Source of the DNA: an uncultured Actinomycetes bacterium
Lineage (GTDB): Bacteria; Actinomycetota; Thermoleophilia; RBG-16-64-13
Assembly: GCA_963775295.1 (NCBI GenBank)
Contig: CAVZIK010000006.1
Span: 762,218 to 826,217, forward strand
Length of the DNA: 64,000 bases
Direction of reading: 5' to 3'
The position numbers were made by a program, and so were the translations under genes. The notes below the pieces were generated by a model. That model was given only the letters and a program-made list of their open reading frames with translations. It had not been told where the DNA came from and did not search any database. Of the stretch, positions 17,384 through 26,983 are shown one piece after another; the stretch's first letter is position 1, and every line of letters begins with the position of its first letter.

Positions 17384-18960
17384 AGATAGACGAAACGGAC
17401 GAGAGGCTGCAAGAACTCTGCCGCGAGAACGCCCCCCATGTTGACCCGGTCACCTTCTCTCGCAAAGTGGACGCAAGGGTGAACCCAAGAAGAAGGTCTC
17501 GGCGAAGGATGGCACGGAAGGTTATCCCGGTCTTCGTCGTCGTGGCCCTGCTTGCCGGCATCGGGATTGGCTCTCTTGAGCTGCTCAACTACCGAGCGCG
17601 ACAGCACCAGGTGGTAGTGATAAATGATGATTTCGGGACCGGCCCGACGGGTGGCACCGAAACGCCCTTGCCGCAGACTCGTGAGCTCAAGTACGGGGAG
17701 GTAGCCACAACCTACGAGGGGCTTGAGATTGTTGTGACCGTCGCTCCGACCTCGGGTACTTCCTACTCCGCGCGGCCTCCTGCTGTTGCCACCGGGGAGA
17801 AGCGTCTTCAAAGTCAGATAATCATCAAAAGCCCAAGCGGCAAGGCGCTCCCGTATGTCCCCTACGACCTGATTCTCCGGGATAAGGACGGGCGGTCTGT
17901 CAGACGCGAGGGGATTCAGAGCGCACAGGTAGAGGAAGTCGGCGGGACGCGATTGGAATCTGTGACCTGGGTAGTTCCTGCCGATTTCGAGGTGAGAAAT
18001 GTCGAGTACGGGATTGCCAGTGGACTGCACGGAGAGAACTTCATCTTCACCTGGGGTCCGGGTTCGCTTGAGCCCGGGCAGTCAGGATACGTGGTCCTGC
18101 AGTCGCTGCCCGAACTGCGCCCGAAGGAAGTGGCCTTTGTCGAGTTCCGCAAGGACGATGACCCTCCCCGAGTGCTCGATGCGGCTGCCAACCCGGAAGC
18201 GGTCAAGACTCTCGTCTCGGATTATGAGCAGACCGAGCTCCTACCTGGCGAGGGATACCCTGGAGTGCGGACTGACCTCGAACTCCTTTTCCACATGAAG
18301 GACGGCGCCTACTTAAGGGTCTGGGTCATGCAGGATGGTCACGACATAATCGAGGACCCTCGAACCGGCAACGTCGAGAACCCGCCAGAAGCCATGGGAT
18401 GGGCTCCGGAGCTTAATGCCACGGCCCGCGGGCTCTACGAGAGTCTGCCGCTCTTCTCGGGTGCCAAGGGCACCGATACCACCTCGACGACGACTGCCCC
18501 GTGGCAGGTCCAGCCAGTCTCTAGCCTCGATTGGGTGACTGAGGGGCTTTCACCCGAGGAGGTAGTGCAAAGGATTCAGAAGCAGCAAGGAAAGAACTCT
18601 GGTCCCATCTATCTTCCGAGGTCGTTTCCCTCGGGCTTCTATGCACCCGAGACCTACGCTTCTTCGCCCAATCCGGCACCGGGCGGTCACGGAGACAAGC
18701 CGGGATACAGCTTGTACCTGACCAACGGGAAAGATTACATCTCTCTCAACGTCAACTTTGCGGGCGACGTCGGCGACGTGACCTGGGTCGACTCTGGCGT
18801 TTCCTTTGAGGGCGGGTCCTTCAGGCGGGTGAATGACGTGGCCTTCCTCTCAGGTATCGGTGCTGATGATTCGACGGTCGACATCAACGGCTCCCTCACT
18901 GACCACAGCTATCAGGACGAGGTCTTCTTCATCGCAAAGTACCTGGTGAGGGTCCAATAG
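17380..18960 (+). CDS. anti-sigma factor copy 2 with a large (about 450 aa) extracytoplasmic domain
   Basis: GTGA overlap with the sigma stop; N-terminus DERLQELCRENAPHVDPVTFSRKVD is paralogous to 15153; TM helix IPVFVVVALLAGIGIGSL. Confidence 0.7.
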   Translation: MKIDETDERLQELCRENAPHVDPVTFSRKVDARVNPRRRSRRRMARKVIPVFVVVALLAGIGIGSLELLNYRARQHQVVVINDDFGTGPTGGTETPLPQTRELKYGEVATTYEGLEIVVTVAPTSGTSYSARPPAVATGEKRLQSQIIIKSPSGKALPYVPYDLILRDKDGRSVRREGIQSAQVEEVGGTRLESVTWVVPADFEVRNVEYGIASGLHGENFIFTWGPGSLEPGQSGYVVLQSLPELRPKEVAFVEFRKDDDPPRVLDAAANPEAVKTLVSDYEQTELLPGEGYPGVRTDLELLFHMKDGAYLRVWVMQDGHDIIEDPRTGNVENPPEAMGWAPELNATARGLYESLPLFSGAKGTDTTSTTTAPWQVQPVSSLDWVTEGLSPEEVVQRIQKQQGKNSGPIYLPRSFPSGFYAPETYASSPNPAPGGHGDKPGYSLYLTNGKDYISLNVNFAGDVGDVTWVDSGVSFEGGSFRRVNDVAFLSGIGADDSTVDINGSLTDHSYQDEVFFIAKYLVRVQ

Positions 18961-19044
18961 GCGGCGGATTGACGGTGCCTAAGCGTCTCGGACTTGTTTA
19001 AGGCCGATGAATTCGCAGGAGGCCAATCTCTTCTCGAGGGCGCC

Positions 19045-19077
19045 GGTAATGCTTTCCGGCCTGCCGGACATATGATG
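19045..19077 (+). promoter_or_regulatory. regulon promoter-like motif copy 1: GGTAATGCTTTCCGGCCTGCCGGACATATGATG
   Basis: One of 10 copies of the consensus AAGGTAATGCTTTCGGcccNGCCGGACATATGATGAG; 41 nt upstream of the 19116 start. Confidence 0.5.
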
Positions 19078-19115
19078 TATTGGAACGCATGACGGGGTCA
19101 GAAGGAGTGGGGGCT

Positions 19116-21455
19116 ATGCAAAGATATGTCGGACCAGCGCTCATCGCAGCCATCCTGGGCGCCTTGCTCCTGCTCGGTTCCCCTACCCTCGCCATGGCCA
19201 TCGTCGATGTGGGCGGCTGGAAGGTCACGCTTGCCTCGAGTGCTGAGGACTACGAACAACCGAGCGTAGACGCTGGCAGGTTTGTCTGGTCTGACTATCA
19301 AATGGGTCAGGGCGGAGTGATCAAGCAGTACGACGTTGCAAGCGGGCAGGTCGAAACGCTCCTGCAAACCGATCTTCAACCGGCGTTCCCGATTATCAGT
19401 GGAGACTACGTCGTCTTCGAGGGTTACGACAACAAGGGCGGGCAGTCCGACTCCGGGATCTACCTTCTTTCCCTGGCTTCGAAGCAATTGCGCAAGCTGA
19501 GCGCCGAGGGCTGGCAGGGCCGAGGGCCCCTAGTATCTGGGGATGTCATAGCTTGGACGGAATGGCAGGTGAGTGACCAAGGCCTTTCTCACACGCGGAT
19601 TGTCCTTCACAGGCTCTCGACCGATCAGACGACTACGATTACTCAGGCCGAGCCGGGAACCGACCAAGTGACGCTATCTCTTGTCAGTGATCGCTGGGTG
19701 CTGTGGCGGCAGTTCAACTCGCAAGCGGGAAAGAACACGGTCGGGTACTCGATCGCATCCGGCGAGGGAAGAACCTGGGAAGTTCTCAAGAACGCCAATC
19801 TGCAGACCATCGTTGGCGATACCCTCTACTACACGCTCCAGGAAGGTTCCCAGTGGACTCTTCGCGCCCGCAATCTGGCGAGCGGGAGCGACATCCCTGT
19901 ACTTAGCAACGATCAGCCGATCCAGTCGGTGTGCGTGGATGGTGGCCGCATCGCTTGGGCCTCCACCAGTTCTCAGGGATCTTTCGTGGCCATCTCCGAT
20001 CCGCTACGCGGCACCAGCACCGTGATTCGCTGTCCTGCCTATGAAGTGGGTGGCTTGTCGTTCAAAGGCGATCTTCTTCTCTGGCGAGCAGGTCGGCTCT
20101 TCAATTCTCCCACCACCCCCGGGACCCACGTATTTGTCTATGATGCCTCCGATGGCACGGCAACTAGAGTGTCCACCATCCAGTCCTACCCTCACGGCTT
20201 CTCGACCGACGGAAGCACTATCGCCGTCAGTGAGAGCAGCTACCGCCCAGGCTACTTTGCTACCTCACTCATGTTCGCGACCAGAGGCGCTCTCGATAAG
20301 ACCAAGCTCTTCTCTGACGTTCCCGGCACGGACCCCTACTGGACGGCGATCGAAGGACTGCGGGAGAAAGGGGCCATCGGCGGATATCCTGGGAGCAGCG
20401 GGCAAGTCGAGTTTCGTCCAGCAGGTGCGCTCACGCGCAGCCAGTTCGCCAAGATGTTGTGTCTGGCCCTGGGCGAAACTGAAAGCAGTGACTATCTGAC
20501 GACGCTCGTCAAACTCGGCGTCCTTCAAGGAACTACCTCCGGCAATCTCAATCCCTATGGGCAACTCACCCGGGCACAGATGATAAGCATGGTGGTCCGC
20601 GCAGCCGACAGGTTGCGTCCTGCCGTGCTCTTCGGGCCGATTCCCAGCGGACCAAGTAGCACGCTTGGACTCTTTGATAGGACTCATGGCCTCACGCTTC
20701 GCCGAGCGGAGTGGGGTGGGTTGCTCGATGGTCTGGTGGGTTTCGACAAGACCTGGGACCCCTGGCGACCGGCGTCCCGCGCGGAGACGGCAGAAGTGCT
20801 TTGGAACCTGGCGTCCGTGGGCTTCAGTGATGTCACTGACACGAGTCCGACAGATCCGTATGTGCCGGCCAGGACCCAAGACGGGATTCCATCGCCAGTC
20901 TGGGACTCGGCCGTAGATGGCTGGATCACGTACCGGGGTAACGGTGCATTCCTCTCTGAGTTCGACCGTGCATTCTTCTGGCATGACGGCCACTTCGTGA
21001 ATGCCGACGGCAGTCTCATGCAGATCCCCCCTTCGGCCAAAGCCCATCTCCACGATCTCGGGATCGACAAGCAACCTTCGGCAGACGTCACCTATTACTC
21101 CGCGCCTAGGCTCCAGACGACTCCCCGAGCGGGAGTGACCCTGACGGTGACAACCAGCCAATGGACCGAGGGGCGGCTGACCGCGACAGTTGCCATCCGC
21201 AACACCAGCGGTTCGCCCTTCTCATTTGCCAACAAGGACCTCGCCCTTTACATGAGCGGCACCAGCGTGCAGCAGACGAATCTGCAGCTACGACCTTTCG
21301 AGGTTGCCGCCGGAGCGAGCGCCGCATTCCGCACTGATGTCTACTTCATCGTTTCCCAGTTCGATTCAGCGGCGAGCGGCATTCTGTATGCCTCAAGTGA
21401 TCCCGAGAGCCTGGGCTTCATCGCGAGCGCTGGTCCGACTCAGAGTGGAGACTGA
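19116..21455 (+). CDS. secreted multidomain protein: N-terminal beta-propeller-like repeats, central SLH repeats, C-terminal domain shared with anti-sigma 26980
   Basis: RBS GGAG; signal peptide ALIAAILGALLLLGSPTLAMA; SLH-like FSDVPGTDPYWTAIEGLREKGAIGGY…; C-terminus …LYASSDPESLGFIASAG is similar to …FYASSDPGSAGFNKMV of 26980. Confidence 0.75.
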   Translation: MQRYVGPALIAAILGALLLLGSPTLAMAIVDVGGWKVTLASSAEDYEQPSVDAGRFVWSDYQMGQGGVIKQYDVASGQVETLLQTDLQPAFPIISGDYVVFEGYDNKGGQSDSGIYLLSLASKQLRKLSAEGWQGRGPLVSGDVIAWTEWQVSDQGLSHTRIVLHRLSTDQTTTITQAEPGTDQVTLSLVSDRWVLWRQFNSQAGKNTVGYSIASGEGRTWEVLKNANLQTIVGDTLYYTLQEGSQWTLRARNLASGSDIPVLSNDQPIQSVCVDGGRIAWASTSSQGSFVAISDPLRGTSTVIRCPAYEVGGLSFKGDLLLWRAGRLFNSPTTPGTHVFVYDASDGTATRVSTIQSYPHGFSTDGSTIAVSESSYRPGYFATSLMFATRGALDKTKLFSDVPGTDPYWTAIEGLREKGAIGGYPGSSGQVEFRPAGALTRSQFAKMLCLALGETESSDYLTTLVKLGVLQGTTSGNLNPYGQLTRAQMISMVVRAADRLRPAVLFGPIPSGPSSTLGLFDRTHGLTLRRAEWGGLLDGLVGFDKTWDPWRPASRAETAEVLWNLASVGFSDVTDTSPTDPYVPARTQDGIPSPVWDSAVDGWITYRGNGAFLSEFDRAFFWHDGHFVNADGSLMQIPPSAKAHLHDLGIDKQPSADVTYYSAPRLQTTPRAGVTLTVTTSQWTEGRLTATVAIRNTSGSPFSFANKDLALYMSGTSVQQTNLQLRPFEVAAGASAAFRTDVYFIVSQFDSAASGILYASSDPESLGFIASAGPTQSGD

Positions 21456-21507
21456 GGCGGCCGGCGGACGGGGGCAGTTCGCATCCACTAGCGTCTGTCC
21501 ACGCAAA

Positions 21508-21538
21508 CGTAATGCTTTCGCCCCCGCCGGACATGTGA
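21508..21538 (+). promoter_or_regulatory. regulon promoter-like motif copy 2: CGTAATGCTTTCGCCCCCGCCGGACATGTGAT
   Basis: Consensus match; 40 nt upstream of ATG 21577. Confidence 0.45.
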
Positions 21539-21576
21539 TTCACAGAGGTACAGACGAGGCGGGCACTGGAGAGACT

Positions 21577-22263
21577 ATGGAAACGCAGCGGCAGCCGGAG
21601 GACACCACGCCATTTCTCAATCGATCTCGATCGGTGCTGCTCGGCGTAATCGTCTTGGCCATTGTTGTTGTGGTCGTCCTCATGCTTATGGGTCGCCTGG
21701 TGGTCTGGACCGAGCAGGTGAGTCTTCCGGCGCCGGTAGCCTCCGCAGGGACGGGCGATGTCTTCTACATCTCACAATTTGACGGGCCGATCCGGAACGC
21801 CTCGCCGAGCGAAGCGAAGCAAGGGACCGCGCAGGTATCCCTGGCCGTCTGGAACCCTGGATCAAGGAAGAATCTCGAGATCTTCTTCCAGTTGTGGCAC
21901 GCCGAGAAAACGGGCATCAAGAACCTGCGCGTTACACTGACGACTCCGAATGATTGGGGCGGGCTGCTCTTCTCCTTGCCCGAGGGCGACGGCTGGGGTC
22001 CCATGTTGCACAAGGCGAGCGGGGGCACGGTGACGGTTCAGTTCGACAAACTGGGCTGGAGCGCCCAAGGATACGTTGGGACTCTTCAGCTGCGTTTCTA
22101 CCCCGAGTACTTGGAATACGTCCTTACTCATGCCCAGGGCGACACGATTCACGCCGAAGTTGATTTCGACGTGGCTCCGACCGATTTTCCGCGCTTTCGG
22201 CAGTGGCACGTTCACGGCACCTGGCAGATTCCCGCGCTTCCGAAACAGGTCTTGGCGGGGTAG
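21577..22263 (+). CDS. membrane-anchored hypothetical protein (N-terminal TM helix, extracytoplasmic domain)
   Basis: RBS GGAGAG before ATG 21577; TM helix LLGVIVLAIVVVVVLMLMG; the track ORF 21304 start would run through the promoter motif. Confidence 0.55.
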   Translation: METQRQPEDTTPFLNRSRSVLLGVIVLAIVVVVVLMLMGRLVVWTEQVSLPAPVASAGTGDVFYISQFDGPIRNASPSEAKQGTAQVSLAVWNPGSRKNLEIFFQLWHAEKTGIKNLRVTLTTPNDWGGLLFSLPEGDGWGPMLHKASGGTVTVQFDKLGWSAQGYVGTLQLRFYPEYLEYVLTHAQGDTIHAEVDFDVAPTDFPRFRQWHVHGTWQIPALPKQVLAG

Positions 22264-22271
22264 TGGGTGAA

Positions 22272-22303
22272 GGTAAGCTGTCGGCCCTGCCGGACATATG
22301 ATG
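22272..22303 (+). promoter_or_regulatory. regulon promoter-like motif copy 3: GGTAAGCTGTCGGCCCTGCCGGACATATGATG
   Basis: Consensus match. Confidence 0.45.
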
Positions 22304-22389
22304 AAGTGAAGGCGTATGGTGAGGAGCTGAGCAGGATCGGCCGCGAAACGACTCACGTGGGTTCCCCATCTCGGGAGGAGAGGCCTCTG

Positions 22390-23406
22390 ATGAAGGTGAA
22401 TCATGATCTGCCCGGCTGTTCTCTTAAGCTGCGGGACACATTCAGGAACCGGAGCAAGATCTGGAAGGCAACCACCTGGCTCTTCTTCCTCGCGTTGGCA
22501 GGGATGTTTCTCTTCATCGGGACGGCGTGCGGAACAACGGGCACCGCTGGCGGCCTGGCCGTCGCCGCCAAGGACGGAAAGGCTCAAGCCGAGGATGTGC
22601 GAGCCAAGGCTTTGGCCGCTCTGCAAACCGTTGCGGCCTGGCAGGTGAAGACCACCTCCTCTGATGGGTGGGTCGAGACCGAATGGTGGTCGGCCAATTC
22701 CGGCAACTACCGTTGGGACGAAACCGTGGCTGGCAAGAAGCGATCTTCTCTGGGGACAGATGGAAAGGTGCTCATTGCTCCGGGTCCCGATGGTGCGGTC
22801 GTTGACCAACCACTCGGCCCGGCTGCCGGACGGCTGCCTACCTCCACCGTCTTTACGACCTACTATTCATATCTCAAGCAAGGGAAGCCGGTCACCGTGG
22901 GACAGTCTTCTGACGGAACGCTCAGGCTCGTGCTCAAAGACGCGCCGTCTTCCCTCTCCGCCGTGTTGGACACGAACTCCTATTTGCCCAGTGAGTTTCT
23001 CGGCAAGAGCGAGGAGACGGGTGCTGCCGGAGGGCACTTCATCCAATTGTCGCCCATCAGCTCTGACGATCTCGCGGCGGCGATTTCTGAGCTTCGAAAC
23101 ACACCTTCTCCAACCCGCGCCGATGTGACCCCGAAGGACCACCTGGTCAATGCGCTGAGGGCGGCGGGCATCGACTGCTATCGCGCCGACACCTACACCA
23201 ATCCCGAGAAGGAACGAGGACTGGAACTAAGCATCCAAGCGCCGATAGGCGAGGCAGGCCATGCACTTGCTGAGAAAGCGGTCTCGCTGGTGCGGGAAAA
23301 CCGGACCATTCTCCCGGTCGATTCGGTCACGATCTACCTACTCACTGTGACAAACGAGTTCTACAGTGAAACCTTCACCCTGGACTCCGTATCGTCGGGA
23401 CCATGA
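22390..23406 (+). CDS. putative lipoprotein (lipobox LFIGTAC)
   Basis: RBS GGAGGAGAGG; signal and lipobox sequence. Confidence 0.55.
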   Translation: MKVNHDLPGCSLKLRDTFRNRSKIWKATTWLFFLALAGMFLFIGTACGTTGTAGGLAVAAKDGKAQAEDVRAKALAALQTVAAWQVKTTSSDGWVETEWWSANSGNYRWDETVAGKKRSSLGTDGKVLIAPGPDGAVVDQPLGPAAGRLPTSTVFTTYYSYLKQGKPVTVGQSSDGTLRLVLKDAPSSLSAVLDTNSYLPSEFLGKSEETGAAGGHFIQLSPISSDDLAAAISELRNTPSPTRADVTPKDHLVNALRAAGIDCYRADTYTNPEKERGLELSIQAPIGEAGHALAEKAVSLVRENRTILPVDSVTIYLLTVTNEFYSETFTLDSVSSGP

Positions 23407-23447
23407 CCGACATCTTTTCGACACCGCCAGTGCCTGCCATTGCCAAC

Positions 23448-23480
23448 GTAATGCCCTCAGCCCTGTGTGACATTTGATGA
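23448..23480 (+). promoter_or_regulatory. regulon promoter-like motif copy 4 (divergent): CGTAATGCCCTCAGCCCTGTGTGACATTTGATG
   Basis: Weaker consensus match that keeps the GTAATGC and CATtTGATGAG blocks. Confidence 0.35.
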
Positions 23481-23567
23481 GTGAGGATTTGGGAGCTCTC
23501 GGCACGGTTGCGGCGTCAGACTGTGAGCTGGGCCGTCCGGAACTCGCCGTCTAACTGGGGGGATGAG

Positions 23568-24695
23568 ATGAAGCGGAGATTGCGCGGGCCAGATCGCTTG
23601 TCGCCCTCCACCGTTGCGATCCTCGGGCTGACCCTCATGCTCGTCCTGTGCTTGGTCGGCGTCCTTGTCTTCGGCTGCGCGTCGCCCAACCAGGCGGCAA
23701 GCACAACCTCGCAGACCTACGCACTGGGAGGATTGGACCCGGCCCTGGCCCAGTTGATCGATGAGGCGAGGGCTGCCGGTCTTCGGATGGGTGCGGCCGC
23801 GACGAGCCAAGGCGAACTCACCCTTGACGTCCTGACCCAGCCGGACCAGCCTGTGGGCGATTACGAATCTATCGCCCAGAAACTGCTCCTTCTCGCCCAG
23901 AAGTTCAAGGATCGATTCACCCAGTTCTCACCCAAGGTCGATCTCCTGCACGTTCGCGTCGCCTGGGCCGACACTCCCCAGCACTCGACGGCTCTTTATG
24001 ATCGCTACTTCCAGCTAACCATGCCTGCCCGAGTGAACACTCCGGTCAACATCAGCCTGAGCCTCGTTGCGGCCAACACCATAAAGTTTGGGGAGATCTG
24101 GGTCCGCGTCGCCCAGGCCGGGGGATTCGCGGCTGAGAGTGCATATCCCGATGCCTACCCAACAGGCTTGGATCTGGACTTCACGCCGTCTGGCTCCCTG
24201 TTCCAGTTGGAGATTGTCGCCCGCACTCACGACCAAAGAACCATCAGTGTGGCCTGGAGCGGATCTGATGGAGCGGCAGACCAGAGAGTGCTCGTGACCG
24301 GAGTGGTGAAGACGGGATCGGCTACGGAACCGATCGTGACCTTGGATTCCGTGTCGAGAGTCGCTGCTGCTTTTGATGAGGTGGGCGTCAAGAGCATGAT
24401 CGCGCTGATGCCAACGGTCCACCTTGGTGGTTACTACGCCCTTAGGCCTGTCCTTCACGCGGGCAGCACCAGAGGCGGCTCGATTCCGGCAATGGTGACC
24501 GCCTACCTGTGGGACTCCACGAAACTCGTGCCCCTGGATGCCAACGACCCGATCCGCATCGGCAATGCTCCCTACCTCATGCTGGAACTATCTTGGGTCG
24601 GACCTGGCGTTCAGCCGCCTGGCACCGCGGTTGCACCTATGCCCCCTGCGCTTCCCAGTCCAGTCTTCTTTGCCATCCCAGTGCCGGTGCTGTGA
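23568..24695 (+). CDS. putative lipoprotein (lipobox LVFGCAS)
   Basis: RBS GGGGGATGAG; ATG 23568 is in frame with track ORF 23481. Confidence 0.55.
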   Translation: MKRRLRGPDRLSPSTVAILGLTLMLVLCLVGVLVFGCASPNQAASTTSQTYALGGLDPALAQLIDEARAAGLRMGAAATSQGELTLDVLTQPDQPVGDYESIAQKLLLLAQKFKDRFTQFSPKVDLLHVRVAWADTPQHSTALYDRYFQLTMPARVNTPVNISLSLVAANTIKFGEIWVRVAQAGGFAAESAYPDAYPTGLDLDFTPSGSLFQLEIVARTHDQRTISVAWSGSDGAADQRVLVTGVVKTGSATEPIVTLDSVSRVAAAFDEVGVKSMIALMPTVHLGGYYALRPVLHAGSTRGGSIPAMVTAYLWDSTKLVPLDANDPIRIGNAPYLMLELSWVGPGVQPPGTAVAPMPPALPSPVFFAIPVPVL

Positions 24696-24705
24696 GCGAC
24701 GCCAA

Positions 24706-24736
24706 GGTAATGCTTTCGGACCCGCCGGACATATAC
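24706..24736 (+). promoter_or_regulatory. regulon promoter-like motif copy 5: GGTAATGCTTTCGGACCCGCCGGACATATAC
   Basis: Consensus match. Confidence 0.45.
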
Positions 24737-24778
24737 TTGGCAGGTAGCTAGAGGGTGACGGCAGAAGGAGGTTCGCCC

Positions 24779-25306
24779 GTGCTACGTGCAAGACTCGGGC
24801 TGGGCGCAGCCCTGTTGGGGTTCTGGATAGTTCTGATGGAGTTGGGCTTCACCGCATACGGCTTCATCTGGATATACCGGTTGATTCACAACCCCGCCGT
24901 GTTCATCGGCCTCATTCCCACCGTCGCCCTATACCTCCCCGGCTTCATCTTGGCGTTGGGCTGCCTTCTTGGTGGGGTTGCTCTTTACCAGGCCGTCCGG
25001 GGCCGGTCGCATTGGAGTTGGTACGCCGCCGCCCTTGCGCCAGTCGTTGCCATCCTTGTCATCTACCGACCTGGGCTGGGCATCAGCGGCTTCGATGGCT
25101 TTCACGCCACGGTGCCATGGATGGCCCCCATGTACTGGGGCAGAGAGGGAAACATCGCCTTCTCCGTCGGCCTTCAGGTCGCCATGTACGTGGCGGCTGC
25201 CGCTTTAGGCTTGGCCGTCGTTCTCGCATTGCCATCTGGACACGCACGTGGAGAGGATGCGACGACTGCCCCCGTCGTCGGTCCCGTGAAAGCGAGCGCA
25301 GAATGA
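24779..25306 (+). CDS. polytopic membrane protein (4-5 TM helices)
   Basis: GTG 24779 sits 7 nt after GAAGGAGG (the track uses GTG 24755); strongly hydrophobic. Confidence 0.5.
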   Translation: MLRARLGLGAALLGFWIVLMELGFTAYGFIWIYRLIHNPAVFIGLIPTVALYLPGFILALGCLLGGVALYQAVRGRSHWSWYAAALAPVVAILVIYRPGLGISGFDGFHATVPWMAPMYWGREGNIAFSVGLQVAMYVAAAALGLAVVLALPSGHARGEDATTAPVVGPVKASAE

Positions 25307-25827
25307 CACTCGCCCAAGGAATGAGACTCGGCCAGTGGTGGTCCAGACTCAAGGCGCGTCCGACATGCCCGCATGAATGGGAGTTGGTCCGACGCTACGA
25401 AGTGCCCGACTCAGACGGCGGCTATCCTCCCGGCGTGAATTCACACATGCGGCCGGTGTACGTCTCCCGCGGCAGACTATCCGGCAAAAGGAAGACTGGG
25501 GACTCAAGAATGATGCCGCTGGGTTTCGTCAATGAGGCCAAGAAGAACTGCCGCCATGTCTGGAGGCTAATCGACACCTGGGAAGATAGCGATGAGTACA
25601 GAGACGTGGCCGCTAGCTTGGACGCTCGCGATGGGAAAGTGAGTTGGGGCCAATCGGGCTATGAATATCAGAAGAGCGTGCATCTCAATCTTCTCCGCAA
25701 GCGAACGTGCAGAGAGTATCGATGTGACATCTGTGGGGCGACCAAGACCGTCTGCGACCCTGGGGTTCTTGAGCCGAGATGGTTCTGGGCGAAGGCGGCC
25801 GCCTTGCTCAGAAGAATGAAGCGGTGA
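25303..25827 (+). CDS. hypothetical protein (174 aa) with Cys motif CDICGATKTVCDPG
   Basis: ATGA overlap with the upstream stop; in frame with the 3' part of track ORF 25012. Confidence 0.45.
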   Translation: MTLAQGMRLGQWWSRLKARPTCPHEWELVRRYEVPDSDGGYPPGVNSHMRPVYVSRGRLSGKRKTGDSRMMPLGFVNEAKKNCRHVWRLIDTWEDSDEYRDVAASLDARDGKVSWGQSGYEYQKSVHLNLLRKRTCREYRCDICGATKTVCDPGVLEPRWFWAKAAALLRRMKR

Positions 25828-26192
25828 CCGAACCGCATTCGGACAAACGCTTCTCGTTGCAAGGTGTGCGGCTTCTTGTCGTGGCTGCGATTGTCGTTCC
25901 GTTCTTTCTTGGAGTTGTACTGTTCGCTCAGTGGACACTGCCGGACGTCTTCAACTTTGTAGGTCAGGCGCCGCTGATCGGAGGATTCCTCATCGGTGTC
26001 GTCAAGGGCATAGACTGGATGTACACTCTGCACCTTTCCGCAGGCAGTGCAGGCGGCGAGGTTGTGCCTTTCGGTTTGTACCCGATCTTGGCTTTGGCGT
26101 TTGGCCTCAAGAAGCGGTACGTGGCCGCCGCCATCGTTCTATTCGTTCCGCTGATTCTTCTGTGGCTGCTCTCGGCCAGCCTGCAAGACTAG
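25779..26192 (+). CDS. small membrane protein (3-4 TM helices); start uncertain (alternatives TTG 25856 or GTG 25865)
   Basis: ORF track; hydrophobic helices. Confidence 0.35.
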   Translation: MVLGEGGRLAQKNEAVTEPHSDKRFSLQGVRLLVVAAIVVPFFLGVVLFAQWTLPDVFNFVGQAPLIGGFLIGVVKGIDWMYTLHLSAGSAGGEVVPFGLYPILALAFGLKKRYVAAAIVLFVPLILLWLLSASLQD

Positions 26193-26256
26193 GACCGATC
26201 GACTTGACCACGCTCTGTTTTTGAAATCCGCCTTTGTTCTTGCCTCACCCGCCCAA

Positions 26257-26285
26257 GGTAATGCTTTCGGCCCTTCCGGACATGC
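26257..26285 (+). promoter_or_regulatory. regulon promoter-like motif copy 6: GGTAATGCTTTCGGCCCTTCCGGACATGC, upstream of ECF sigma copy 3
   Basis: Consensus match about 205 nt upstream of the sigma-3 TTG start. Confidence 0.45.
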
Positions 26286-26491
26286 GCAGGGAATCTCTGG
26301 CTAGTCCAGTTCTGGCCCAGTTGCCAGAGCGCGTCACAAGCCCTGAACTGCCCCGCGACCACAAAGTAAAGAAAATCGCCCCGTCAGACGTCGTTCATGG
26401 TGGATGATTGAACACCGGGTAGGCGGTTGGAGGCGGAGCGACGGATCGGGTTGAGGTCATTGACGCACCACATGGCAAGAGGAGTTGGGCG

Positions 26492-26983
26492 TTGAGCCAC
26501 GAGGTAGAGTGGCCAAGCGCATTCGACGCTATCGTCCACGCACACACCGCCCGACTGGTGAAGAGCTTGAGCCTCATCACCCTTGACCGGGGACTGGCCG
26601 AGGATGCAGCTCAAGAGGCCTTCCTCCAACTGCATCTTCACTGGCATGATCCAGAAGTGAAGGACCCCGTTGCCTGGCTCTACCGGGTCGGCATCAATCG
26701 TTGCAAGGACTATCGCCGGGCCATGGGCAGAGCCACTCGTCTGAGGCAGCGTTTAGCCGGGAGCTTCGAGGAGTTCACGCCCCCAGCCTGGACGCCGGAC
26801 CCCGACCTTATGAGCATTCTTCGCCCCTTACCGAAGCGCCAACGCACCGCAGCCTCTCTCTTCTACCTGGCCGGTTTCTCCACCTCTGAGATCGCACGAG
26901 CCATGGACATCTCTGAGGGGGCCGTCGGCAGTCATCTCCACAAGGCCCGAGAAGCACTGCGCAAGATCTTGGAGGAACAGTGA
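26492..26983 (+). CDS. ECF sigma factor, copy 3
   Basis: TTG start 8 nt after AAGAGGAG; region 2 AEDAAQEAFLQLHLHW…WLYRVGINRCKDYRR; region 4 QRTAASLFYLAGFSTSEIARAMDISEGAVGSHLHKAREAL. Confidence 0.85.
   Translation: MSHEVEWPSAFDAIVHAHTARLVKSLSLITLDRGLAEDAAQEAFLQLHLHWHDPEVKDPVAWLYRVGINRCKDYRRAMGRATRLRQRLAGSFEEFTPPAWTPDPDLMSILRPLPKRQRTAASLFYLAGFSTSEIARAMDISEGAVGSHLHKAREALRKILEEQ

Noticed and set aside
20265-21161. Long minus-strand ORFs antisense to the large secreted-protein genes. The same applies at 21862-22809, 38563-39276, 39487-40347, 43515-44381, 47064-48170 and 63258-63944.
   Set aside because: These are typical high-GC antisense open frames. Their composition is Arg/Gly/Pro-rich, and each lies fully inside a sense gene with clear domains.
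22267-23406. The most 5' starts offered by the ORF track for several genes. The same applies to 21304, 23481, 16592 and 35796.
   Set aside because: Those extensions would read through the conserved promoter-like or leader motifs. Internal starts with a Shine-Dalgarno sequence followed by a signal peptide fit better.
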